NCBI GenBank assembly: GCA_964408425.1
Contig: CAYOZI010000001.1
Coordinates: 8,861-72,860, forward strand
Length of the DNA stretch: 64,000 nt
Direction of reading: 5' to 3'
DNA from: Candidatus Micrarchaeota archaeon
GTDB taxonomy: Archaea > Micrarchaeota > Micrarchaeia > Norongarragalinales > Norongarragalinaceae
Below the pieces are notes generated by a model. The model worked only from the letters and a program-made list of their open reading frames with translations. It did not search any database and was not told the DNA's origin. Positions within the stretch are counted from its first letter, which is position 1. Each line of letters opens with the position of its first letter. Below are positions 27,386-36,900 of this stretch, piece after piece. The translations under genes were made by a program, and so were the position numbers.

Positions 27386-28504
27386 ATGGGAAAGACGCGA
27401 CGTGAAAAGCCGGAAAATTCGAGAGCAACACCGAAAGATACGGTCGAACAACAAAAGCCGCCAGCCCCTAAGCTCAGGTTGTTGTTTCACTACGGGCCCC
27501 ATGCCACGGCAGAAGATGCTAGACACATCCGAGCGGTATTGAAGGAATTCAAGCCGCACTTTTACGCGAAAGAGCAGATGATCTTTGACCCCGAGGATTT
27601 GGTGCCGTTCAATAGAGAACTGCAAAAAATCAGGAAGGATGCTGCAAGGAGAATAAGCTTTCTTCAAGGTTTTGAAAGGCGGCAGTATGGAGAATTCGAT
27701 CGTAAAGAAGTCGAGGAAATGCTCGACGCATACAAAGTTCGAATGTGCGGCCTAGAATCATTTGTGCCAAATGAAGCTCAATTGCTCGAAGAGTCTGCGA
27801 ACTATTCCAAGGATTCGAGGTTAGCGTTTGTAACAGGAGAGTTTGAAAAAGCACTAAAAAGCCGGCATGAACACGTCCTGCTTGAAAATAAACACCAACG
27901 AATCAGAGACGAAAATATCGTCCAGAATGCTGAAAAGCTTGTTCAGCAGTTTACAACAGCCTATCCGGAGTTACGTAACGAGAAGGAGATACGAGTTTAC
28001 GCTAGACTGGGGCACATGCACTCTCCGCCATATCATGAACTGGCTAGACGCGGAAGCACGGAGGTAGGACGGATTTTCGATAGTAGACCGGTAGTACATG
28101 GCTACACATCGGAAGCCAAGAGAATGAACCAAAAGGAAACGCATAATATTTCAGAGCCGCGGTATAGACAGGTACTAGCAAGATCTCTTCTCGAAAGTCC
28201 CCTGAGAAGGACACTGAGAGAAAAAGGCGTCAAATCGACTCTGGTTACGGAAATAGCGTCACGGGTTATCTCCGAAAAATTCCATGAGGACGAAATTAGA
28301 GGAATATCGGAAGAGATAGCCAAAGAACAGGAAGCGAAACCACTGGCCAAAACAGCCGAGATAGTAGAAATGGTTTTGGGAAAGCGCGTAAGGGAAAAGG
28401 GCTTGAAACTACCGCAGAACGAGGATGAAGCCGAAGCTTTAATCAAAAAAGCGTATCCCAAGATAGACTTTTCAAAACCTTGGTGGCTAGGAAGAAGAAA
28501 ATAG
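27386..28504 (+). CDS. Hypothetical protein, possible TraB/EreA/ChaN-like hydrolase fold
   Basis: 372-aa ORF filling the gap between cbf5 and L14e; HYGPH, RDENI and RLGHMH motifs are suggestive only. Confidence 0.6.
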   Translation: MGKTRREKPENSRATPKDTVEQQKPPAPKLRLLFHYGPHATAEDARHIRAVLKEFKPHFYAKEQMIFDPEDLVPFNRELQKIRKDAARRISFLQGFERRQYGEFDRKEVEEMLDAYKVRMCGLESFVPNEAQLLEESANYSKDSRLAFVTGEFEKALKSRHEHVLLENKHQRIRDENIVQNAEKLVQQFTTAYPELRNEKEIRVYARLGHMHSPPYHELARRGSTEVGRIFDSRPVVHGYTSEAKRMNQKETHNISEPRYRQVLARSLLESPLRRTLREKGVKSTLVTEIASRVISEKFHEDEIRGISEEIAKEQEAKPLAKTAEIVEMVLGKRVREKGLKLPQNEDEAEALIKKAYPKIDFSKPWWLGRRK

Positions 28505-28506
28505 GC

Positions 28507-28671
28507 TTATGCGGGCATCAGGTGCTTGACGTTCATCTTCCTCTCTTTTCCCTTCGCAAGCTTGACTTTCACGAAAGCGTTGTCCACCACTTCCGTCACT
28601 TCGACAGGCTGCCCTTTTCTCCTTCCCTTGAGAACGATTGCTTTCACGCCCTTCTGAAAAACCCTGGTCAT
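28507..28671 (-). CDS. rpl14e: 50S ribosomal protein L14e (eL14), minimal 54-aa form (not in ORF track)
   Basis: MTRVFQKGVKAIVLKGRRKGQPVEVTEVVDNAFVKVKLAKGKERKMNVKHLMPA: KOW motif and N.KHL.P; directly downstream of cmk. Confidence 0.85.
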   Translation of the reverse strand: MTRVFQKGVKAIVLKGRRKGQPVEVTEVVDNAFVKVKLAKGKERKMNVKHLMPA

Positions 28672-28677
28672 AGAAAA

Positions 28678-29292
28678 TCACCGTTTCGCTCTTGTTCTCT
28701 TTGTTTTCCCGCCTTTTCTGCCTTTCGGTTTTTTCTTCCGCATTTTCCTCTTCAGTTTTTCAGCCGCGTCGGCAATCGCCTTCGCGGTTTGCAGCGCATC
28801 CAGCTTTTCGTTGTCTATAACCAAACATCCTTTCGGCGGGTCGTAATGCAATTTATACAACGCCCAATACCGTTTTTTGTTGGAATCGTCCCTATACACT
28901 ACCTCCCTAACCGCCTGTTCGAAACTCCTCGAATCCCTTTCGGCCAACCGCTTTGCACGCACATGCAAAGGCGCTTTCAGCCAAACTTTCAAATCAAAAC
29001 GAGGTTTTTTCAGTTTCAGCCTCGGCGCAATCTCGCCCAAAAAAACGGCAAGGCGCGTCCCCACAACACAATCCTTTTCCTTCAATGCGAACTCTATCTG
29101 CTTTTTGTCCAGCAAGTAATCGTACTTCGGGTTTTTTTCCGCAAACTCATGAAGCCTGTCGAAAGGCATCCCCAAATCCTCGGCGAGATTATGAAAGGTA
29201 TAATTGAATTTCTTCAGCTTCAAAGAATGCGAGACTAGCGTTGAGGCGGTGGAATTCCCGCATCCGGTCAAGCCCGAAATGGCGATTCTCAT
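28678..29292 (-). CDS. cmk: Cytidylate kinase (archaeal type)
   Basis: ISGLTGCGNST P-loop, DLKVWLKAP and RAKRLAERD; position before L14e. Confidence 0.9.
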   Translation of the reverse strand: MRIAISGLTGCGNSTASTLVSHSLKLKKFNYTFHNLAEDLGMPFDRLHEFAEKNPKYDYLLDKKQIEFALKEKDCVVGTRLAVFLGEIAPRLKLKKPRFDLKVWLKAPLHVRAKRLAERDSRSFEQAVREVVYRDDSNKKRYWALYKLHYDPPKGCLVIDNEKLDALQTAKAIADAAEKLKRKMRKKKPKGRKGGKTKRTRAKR

Positions 29293-29345
29293 ATTGGAAC
29301 GATTAACGGTTTTGCGCTTAAAAGAGCTTTGCGGGGTTTAAATGC

Positions 29346-29813
29346 CTATTCGAATTTTCCCATTGACTTGAGCTTTTGCAGGTAATTCTCGCAAGAGGAT
29401 TTTATCAAAACCCGGTCTTTCTCCGTCGTTGAACGCAGTATTTTCGCCGGAACGCCCGCAACCACGCTGTACGCCGGAACAATCATTCGCTCCGTAACTA
29501 CCGCCCCAGCTGCGATTATGCTCCACTCTCCGATCTCGCAGCCGCTCAACAGAGTGGAATTCATCCCGACGAGAACGTTGTCCCCCACCTTGCACCCGTG
29601 CACCACCGCAGCATGCCCGACCGTAACGTTATTCCCTATTGAAACGTTTTTTCCGTGCACAACGCAAGACTCCTGAATGCTCGTGTTGTTACCGATGCCA
29701 ATGCTGCCCTCGTCCGCGCGAATGCAGGCGAAAGCCGCAACGTAAACGTTCTTCCCGATCTCGGCTTTAGGATCGACTTCAGCCTTGGGATGAACGAAAC
29801 CCAATTCCACCAC
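29346..29813 (-). CDS. Gamma carbonic anhydrase family hexapeptide-repeat protein
   Basis: IRADEG, IQESCVVH, TVGHAAVVHGC and AGVPAK. Confidence 0.92.
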   Translation of the reverse strand: MVELGFVHPKAEVDPKAEIGKNVYVAAFACIRADEGSIGIGNNTSIQESCVVHGKNVSIGNNVTVGHAAVVHGCKVGDNVLVGMNSTLLSGCEIGEWSIIAAGAVVTERMIVPAYSVVAGVPAKILRSTTEKDRVLIKSSCENYLQKLKSMGKFE

Positions 29814-29829
29814 TCACCGTAAATAGCAA

Positions 29830-30327
29830 TTATTGCTTTGCCGGCCATAGTCTCGAGCCTATGGGCTCGAGCAAAAGCCCGAAGACAATCGCGCAAACGA
29901 TGAAGAACCCCGTCGTCCCGTAAGCGGCCGTATGCAGGATGTTCGAATAGAAAGTCAGCGAGAGGATGGCGGAAGTATGGATGTCGAACGGAAGCAGGAT
30001 TACGAAACCCGGGTACAACGGCGGCAAAACCCAAGCGATCAGAATCCACGCTATCGGAAGGATGATGATGCTCGCCTTCCAAGGCATCAAAACCATCTGC
30101 ATCATCTTGTCGTTGAACTCCTTGTCGTGCTTCTTCAATTCCTCGAGCTTCTTCGAGTCGTTCGCCTTCAACGCCTTCTGCATTTCATTCTGGTATTCCT
30201 TCACTTCCTTCTGGAAAGCCTTCACCTTATCCCTCTGTCCCAGCGTCTTGTTCGCCGCATAGCTGACGAGCGAAAACACTAGCGAAATGAGAGCGATCTC
30301 CACCAGCGGATCAAAACCCAACACCAT
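29830..30327 (-). CDS. EMC3/TMCO1 (DUF106) membrane insertase-family protein
   Basis: TM - coiled coil - TM architecture; neighbourhood upstream of cmk. Confidence 0.8.
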   Translation of the reverse strand: MVLGFDPLVEIALISLVFSLVSYAANKTLGQRDKVKAFQKEVKEYQNEMQKALKANDSKKLEELKKHDKEFNDKMMQMVLMPWKASIIILPIAWILIAWVLPPLYPGFVILLPFDIHTSAILSLTFYSNILHTAAYGTTGFFIVCAIVFGLLLEPIGSRLWPAKQ

Positions 30328-30378
30328 GCCGTTCACTGAAAAAATTTTTGGAAAACGGTTATAGGTAGAGCGTCTTTT

Positions 30379-31743
30379 TTAACGTTTTCCATCTTGTCCC
30401 CCCACGCCGTCGTCCTGCCTCTTGCAGTCGTCCAAAAACCTTTGCACGTGGTGCTTCCAACCCAAAGCGTACAGGGGTTGCACCAGCCCGCGGCAGGAAA
30501 CGAAGAGGTGCTTCAAGCCCCTTCGCGACGACGGGCGCGATTCCAGGAAAGCTACGAACAAAACCAGGAAATTAAAGACGAAGACGAAGAGGAAAACCGC
30601 CGAATCCAGGTACTCAAGGAAAACCCTTGAATTCAAGGAAGCGTACAGACGCGTGAGCGAAAGGTAGAACAGGAAAATCGTGATCGGAAGCTCGTACAGG
30701 ATAAGCATTAAAACGTTCGCCGCCAAGCCAATGGTCAACACGGCGTTGTAAAACAAAATATACCGTTTTTTAATCTCGGTCTTGAAAACAGAGTGGAACG
30801 GGCGCCCTCCGGACAGGTGCGAGGCGACGAAACGCAGGTTTCGCAGCGACTCGCCGTGCAAATCCTCAATCCCCCACAGGTTTTCCAAAACGTAGTACAA
30901 ATCCGTCCTCAGGAAAAGCATCGTCTGCCACACCAGCCCGAAAATTTCCATGAGAACCACGAACTTCAGAAATTTCACTAGCCACAGCGGAAGTGCCAAA
31001 ACGCCCGCACCGCCAGCCCACACCAAGCTCGCAGCTATGGAAAGCACCAGCCCGTCGAAAACCATTCCCGACAGGAAGACTGCATATCTCTTCCATCTTT
31101 CCAGCAGGTACAAGTCCGAAAGTTCGGTGAAGGCAATCACGTACTGCAGCCTCACAGTCAGCCCGAATTTCGGCTTCGCGCCGAAATGCAAACCAGCAGT
31201 GTAATGCGCCAGCTCGTGCAAAGCCACCAGAATCCACGACGACACTAGGGAGGAAAGCAAAAGCAACGCCAGCGAGTCGGTGAAAATAAAATTGCGGAAG
31301 TTTAAGAAATAAGAAAAGTCGCTTGCAACCACCGACGCCCCCGCTCCCAAAACCAGCAGGCAAGCGAAAAGCGCTCGTTTTGAAAACAAAAAGCCGATTT
31401 TTTCGCGCTTTAACGGAATGCGCGAGCTCAAGTCCGTGAAACTCTCTTTACTGACGGGCAAAGGCTTTCCGTCGACTTTTTCAACCATTCCGTTGGAAGC
31501 CAGTTTCGAAACAAACCCCTTTACGTCGTAATCCTCCCCGAACTTCCTTCGCACCGCGCGTTCCGCCTCTGCAATAGTCTTTCCTTTTTTCAGCAAAAGG
31601 ATTATTTCAAAACCCACCCTGGAAACGTCGAGGTAATCAGACGTTCCCCTCCGCCCCACGACAAACCAGCCGCCAGGCTCTTGGCGCTTGTGAGCCAAAG
31701 AAAACAACTTCACCCTGCTGTCGCCGCGGAGGGAAAAGCGCAT
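30379..31743 (-). CDS. Membrane zinc metalloprotease (M50/YydH-like) with N-terminal PqqD/RRE-like domain
   Basis: HELAH in a TM segment; FLRTDLYY supplies the third-ligand Asp; N-terminal ~90 aa with a three-strand/three-helix pattern (VVGRRGTSDY...LKKGKTIAEA...FGEDYDVKGFVSKL). Confidence 0.78.
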   Translation of the reverse strand: MRFSLRGDSRVKLFSLAHKRQEPGGWFVVGRRGTSDYLDVSRVGFEIILLLKKGKTIAEAERAVRRKFGEDYDVKGFVSKLASNGMVEKVDGKPLPVSKESFTDLSSRIPLKREKIGFLFSKRALFACLLVLGAGASVVASDFSYFLNFRNFIFTDSLALLLLSSLVSSWILVALHELAHYTAGLHFGAKPKFGLTVRLQYVIAFTELSDLYLLERWKRYAVFLSGMVFDGLVLSIAASLVWAGGAGVLALPLWLVKFLKFVVLMEIFGLVWQTMLFLRTDLYYVLENLWGIEDLHGESLRNLRFVASHLSGGRPFHSVFKTEIKKRYILFYNAVLTIGLAANVLMLILYELPITIFLFYLSLTRLYASLNSRVFLEYLDSAVFLFVFVFNFLVLFVAFLESRPSSRRGLKHLFVSCRGLVQPLYALGWKHHVQRFLDDCKRQDDGVGGQDGKR

Positions 31744-31819
31744 TAAAAGAAAAAACAGTCCGGATTAAAGAACTTGTTTGCTTTCCGTGAAAAAACGCGT
31801 GCAAACAGGCGTGAAGGGA

Positions 31820-33325
31820 TTACTCCCTGCGCTTTCCTCCCCGCGACTGGCGCTCGTGCTGGTACAGCCAAGGTGACAGCCCCAAATCCTTCCGATACTC
31901 GTTGAACTGCTGGTACTTGTAATTCAGCCAGCGTGACCGCGAGTCGTACTCCCGCTTGAACTCGTTATACTCCTTTTGGAAGTACGTCAAATCGTTTTTC
32001 AACTGTGACAGCCTGTTCCTGAAAATTTTCTTTTCATACGCCACCGTCTGGGTTTTTGAAAACCTGCCGTAACCCCTGAACGCCCGCAGGTAATCCCTTT
32101 TCGCCATTATTTTTTCCTCGTCGGACAAAAACGCCGCGTGGTCGTCCTCCAGCGTCTTAATCTGCCCGCGGATGGACTGGAGGTTGCCTGAAACGTCTTC
32201 CATCCTCGCCTGAATCCGCCCTACATATCTCCCCAGTATTTGCGGAAAATGGTCTACGAACCACCTTGCGGATTCGAACGCAAAATCCCCGTGCGAACCC
32301 GCCTTTCTGGCTACTTCAAGCAAGTAAGGCTTCGGGGTTCTAGAAGCGCGCTTGTACTCGCGTTTGGACGTCATCACGTCGAAAACGTCCACCAGTTTCC
32401 CGATCGTATCGCCGATAGTCAAGTCAGGCTCCATTTTTCCTAACGGATACCCCTTTCCGCTGGGCATTTCATGATGGCCTATAGCTATCCCTTCAGTCGG
32501 CTCCACCCCTTCAGCGAGCCCGATCCCGTGAACGACCAGCTTTCTTGTTTCCACCATGTGCCCCCTGGTCATCAGCCTCCACTCTTTCTGGGTGTAAGGC
32601 TTTTTCGTAGTGTCGCGAGTGAGAATATCGTCGGGAATCCCTATTTTCCCCAAATCGTGGACAAGGGCGTACAACTGCACCAAGCTCAACTGCCGGCGGT
32701 CCAAAAGCTTTACCATCTGCGGGTTGGTAACGTTCGGAAACCGGTGCCTGAAAGCATCAGCCAAGTTTCGCGCTTTCTCGTCTTCCCTGCCCAGCTGGTC
32801 GTGCAGTTCCGCGAAAGCGGCGACTCCCAAGTCAGCCTGCCTTTGAACGTGAGCTCCCGAAACCGCGTGCCTGCTTGCCAAGCTTCGCTGCAAACTGCGC
32901 AAAAAATCCTGCTGAATCTTCCCGGCCGTTTCAAAAGCGGTTTTTTCAACTTCAGTTGCCGGAATGGTGATAGAGGATAAAACGTGAAACGCGGGTTTTT
33001 TGCCGAGCCGATAGGTTTTTCCTACAGTGTGAATCAAATCGTATTTCTGTTGTTCCCCAGCCGCAAGCCGTCTGCCGATTTCGCTAAAAGGCGCGCCTTC
33101 TGCAAGCAGCTTCCTTATTTTTTTTGTTATCTCCCACTCTTCGTTAAGATCCGCGAGAATATGCTTTTTCCTAAGCGTTTCAAGCGTGTCTTCCGGATAT
33201 TGGCCGAGATAAGTGTCGTTCGCGTGGACAATTTTGCCGGTCTTGGGGTCGATTATGAGAATGCGCTCTGGCGAATCGTTAAAGGAAGACCTCAAGGTTT
33301 CTAACAGCTGCCTGGGCGAGGACAT
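31820..33325 (-). CDS. HD-GYP domain phosphohydrolase with N-terminal PAS-like region and C-terminal coiled coil
   Basis: HVQR, HDLGKIGIPDDIL, HHEMPSGKGYP and DVFDVMTSKREYK; ILIIDPKTGKIVHAN resembles a PAS start. Confidence 0.85.
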   Translation of the reverse strand: MSSPRQLLETLRSSFNDSPERILIIDPKTGKIVHANDTYLGQYPEDTLETLRKKHILADLNEEWEITKKIRKLLAEGAPFSEIGRRLAAGEQQKYDLIHTVGKTYRLGKKPAFHVLSSITIPATEVEKTAFETAGKIQQDFLRSLQRSLASRHAVSGAHVQRQADLGVAAFAELHDQLGREDEKARNLADAFRHRFPNVTNPQMVKLLDRRQLSLVQLYALVHDLGKIGIPDDILTRDTTKKPYTQKEWRLMTRGHMVETRKLVVHGIGLAEGVEPTEGIAIGHHEMPSGKGYPLGKMEPDLTIGDTIGKLVDVFDVMTSKREYKRASRTPKPYLLEVARKAGSHGDFAFESARWFVDHFPQILGRYVGRIQARMEDVSGNLQSIRGQIKTLEDDHAAFLSDEEKIMAKRDYLRAFRGYGRFSKTQTVAYEKKIFRNRLSQLKNDLTYFQKEYNEFKREYDSRSRWLNYKYQQFNEYRKDLGLSPWLYQHERQSRGGKRRE

Positions 33326-33364
33326 GAGAAAAATATGCGGGAAAAGGGAAATAAAATAAACAGT

Positions 33365-33490
33365 TTATAGCCTTCCAGTGCTTTCTCCTGGAGCGCTCAT
33401 AATCCTGGACAAAACGCGGGTTGTCCTGACGCTCTCTTTTCTTCTCGCGCGGACTTTCTTTTTCTTGCTACCCTTTCTTTTCTTAGCCAT
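33365..33490 (-). CDS. 41-aa basic peptide, candidate precursor/substrate (not in ORF track)
   Basis: ATG with GGGTGGTG upstream and TATA-like TTTATAAA/TTTAAAA further upstream; MAKKRKGSKKKKVRARRKESVRTTRVLSRIMSAPGESTGRL. Confidence 0.65.
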   Translation of the reverse strand: MAKKRKGSKKKKVRARRKESVRTTRVLSRIMSAPGESTGRL

Positions 33491-33645
33491 CTTCCACACC
33501 ACCCTCTTGCCAAGTGAAGCAACCGCATTAGCCGCTCGGGGTTTTAAAGGCTATGCAACCCGAAACGCGTTTATAAAAAAAGAAGTGCGGAAAAAAAGCA
33601 AAGTGGGAAAAAAGAAAGAAAAAAAAGGAAGCCGGAAAAGCCGGC

Positions 33646-33837
33646 TTACATTTTCATGAATGCGGACAAGCCCCACAGGGCGAAGAACGCGCCGAAAATC
33701 GTGGTGAAGTTGAACCACGAAGCGGTGAAAAAGCCCAGCCCCTCTACGAGGAACAGGATTCCGAACAGCAAGATCAACGGGCTGCACTTTCCGCACAAGT
33801 GCATTCCGCACGCACACACCGATTCCATTTTCGCCAT
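33646..33837 (-). CDS. Small two-TM membrane protein with Cys/His-rich N-terminus
   Basis: GGAGGGG upstream; CACGMHLCGKC followed by two hydrophobic helices. Confidence 0.7.
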   Translation of the reverse strand: MAKMESVCACGMHLCGKCSPLILLFGILFLVEGLGFFTASWFNFTTIFGAFFALWGLSAFMKM

Positions 33838-33939
33838 TGTTTACCCCTCCTTCTCTTACAACGCTTTTTTGAAAAGCGCAGAGTTGAAACTGATTAACCG
33901 AATAGGGTATAAAAACAAGGCGTTTAAGTAAAGAGGGTT

Positions 33940-36900
33940 TTAATCGAACTTCATTTCCAAACGCACTTTGCCCGTTCCCGCCGGAATCGTCTGGCCGATG
34001 ATTATATTCTCGGCTACTCCCTGCAGCGTATCCTCTTCCCCGTAAATGCACGCGTTCAGCAAATGCTTCGCCGTCTCCTCGAAAGCCGCCCTCGCGAGAA
34101 CGCTCTTCTTCTGCCCCGCCAAACCGTGCCTTCCAACGCTCTTCACCGCGCCCAAAAACGTCATCGCATCTGCAATGAGCATTATATGACGCGGGTCGAC
34201 AGTCAAATCCTGCATTTCCAAAACCTTGTTGATCTCCTGGATTATGGCGTTTCTCGCAGCATCAACTCCCAGCACTTCGTTGATTTCCATGATGTCGTTC
34301 GTAATGGTCCTGGAACCGTCGACCGCCTCTATCTTGAAAACTTCCTTCAAGTTCGAACCGTCCGAAGCAATCGTATACTCGCTCCCCCGTTCTCCCTTCT
34401 TTTCGACGATAATCGCCTTTCGTATTCCCTTTATTCCGCCCAAGTGGATTTCGCGGAAGCGGTTCGTCATCCTGCGAATGCTCTTCAAAGAATCTTCCTT
34501 GGTTTTGATCGTCAGTTCATGCCCTTCCTGCTTGAATTGGGGGGAAACTTTCGCTATTTCCGCAATCGCGTCCTTCTCCTTCACGTTGGAATCCTTGAAT
34601 TTCTGCGGGTCGAAAACGATATGCACGATCTTCCGGTCGAAATTCTCCTTGATTTCCGCAACGTCGTCAAGCGAAACCTCTTCAATGCCCGCCGCGATTT
34701 GTTTTACTTTCTCGAAATCGCCCGAAACGCTTTTCTTCAGGAAGATTTCCATGACCGGCTTTTTGGGCGATTTCCGCGCGTCAACCAATTCCACTAGCCG
34801 CGTAAACCCGAATTGCGCGAGAGAAGCGACTCCCGCGTAGTGGAAAGTCCTGAGAGTCATTTGCGTGCCCGGTTCCCCGATGCTTTGCGCTGCGACTACG
34901 CCGACAGGCTCTCCGTAAGCAATCGGTTTTCCGGTGGAAGGATCCAAACCGTCCCCGCCGTACTTGAATTGAATCAATTTTCCTTCGCTGTCTCGGACGC
35001 TCTGGTCTTCCCAAACAACGAAATCCTGAAGCGCGTTGATCAGCCTGCGCTGCATATAACCGGTCTTGGCCGGGTTGACTCCCTTGTCCACGACACTGTC
35101 ACGCCCTCCGGCAGCGTGGAAGAAGTATTCAACGACGCTCAACCCGCTCTTGTAATTGGAGCTGACGAAACCGCGGGCGTAATCGCTCAAATCCCCTCTC
35201 TTGAAATGAGTCAACAGCCTTCCCCTGTAACCCGATGCGGGGCGTTTTCCGCGAACCGCCTGCTGTCCTACGAGAGCCGCCATCTGGACTACGTTTATGG
35301 GCTTGTTCTTCACTCCCGCGGCGGCCATCAGCAAAGACGAATTGTTTTCCAAAATCTTTCCGTTGATGTTAACGGGCGTTTTCGAGATTTTTTCCTTTAC
35401 GATGCTCCAGCAGTGGAAGCGGATCAATTCGACGATGTTCATTACCTGCTCTTCAAGCGTTTCCTTCAAAGTCTTGCCCGGCAATCTTTCGAGTTTTTTT
35501 GTCTTGTATTTCTTCACGAGCTCTTCCAGCTTCCTCTTGCCCTCTTCGTACAAGGCGTTTATCTGGTCCACCGCCTCTCGAGGCAGGTAATAATCCTTTA
35601 AACTTAGTGAAAACCCGTAATCGTAAACCACTTGCACCGAAAGCTTCGCCGCCTTGTCTATATATTCTCTCGCAGCATCGCTTCCCAATTTCATAAAGAT
35701 TTCCTTCACGACCTTCCTGCTCGCGCTTGCATCTATAAACCCTTCAACCAGCCTTCCGTCCTTTATTTTAACGGCATTGTGCTTGCTCTCGATCTTGAAG
35801 TCGAATTCCTTCGGCAATATCAAAGAGTAAATTTCCTTTCCCGAAACCGTGTTCTTGTCGAAATCCGTCACCACGCCCGCCGAATTCAGCAAGTCGCAAG
35901 CTTCCTTCTTCGAAATGACGAAATCGTCCATAGAAAGCAAATACAATCCCGTAATCTGGTCCAGATCCGGCGTAACGAGCGGAGAGCCGTTGCGCGGCGA
36001 GAGGATGTTTTCCTGAACGCTCATCAGCAATTTCGCTTCAGTCTGAGCTTCCTCGGTCTGGGGAACGTGAATGTTCATTTCGTCCCCGTCGAAATCGGCG
36101 TTGTAAGGGTTGCAAACGGCAACGTTAAACCTGAAAGTCCTTCCGGGCAATACTTTTACCTCATGGCACATCATCGACACGCGGTGCAACGAAGGCTGCC
36201 GGTTGAACACGACGACATCGCCGTTCAACAACTGCCTTTCGAGAGTATAGCCCGGCGTGATTTCCGCCAAAACCTCTTCGATGTTCGTATCGGTCAGTTT
36301 CTTCCTTCTTCCGTCGGGGCGGATTACGTAATTGATCTTGTCCGAATGGGTTTTGATCATTTCCTTTACAGCTTCGAGATTCCACAATGTCACGCTAACC
36401 GGAAGAGTCAGTTCTGCGGCGATTTCTTCCGGAACTCCCAACTCATTTATTCCCAGCGTTGGATCGGGCGAAATGACCGTTCTCGCGGAAAAATTAACCC
36501 TCTTTCCGCTCAGGTTATAACGGAATCTCCCTTCCTTTCCTTTGAGCCTTTGGAATAAGGTTTTCAACTGCCTTCCCGAACGGTGGCGTGCCGGAGGAAT
36601 TCCGGCGCTTTCGTTATCAAAATAGGTAGTAACGTGATACTGCAGCAACTCCCACAAATCCTCGATGATCAGCTGCGGCGCTCCCGCTTCGATGTTTTCC
36701 TCAAGGCGTTGGTTTATGCGGAGGATATCCACCAGCTTATGCGTAAGGTCGTCTTCGCTTCTCTCTCCTGTTTCAAGCGTGATGGAAGGGCGGACGGTAA
36801 CCGGAGGAACGATCAAAACAGTCATTACAACCCATTCCGGGCGGATTGTTATTCTCGCTACTTTCAAATCCTCGTCCGGAATGTGCTCTAATCTTTCGCG

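Noticed and set aside
28487..28681. 64-aa ORF from the track
   Set aside because: Wrong frame; the overlapping 54-aa frame encodes recognisable eL14.
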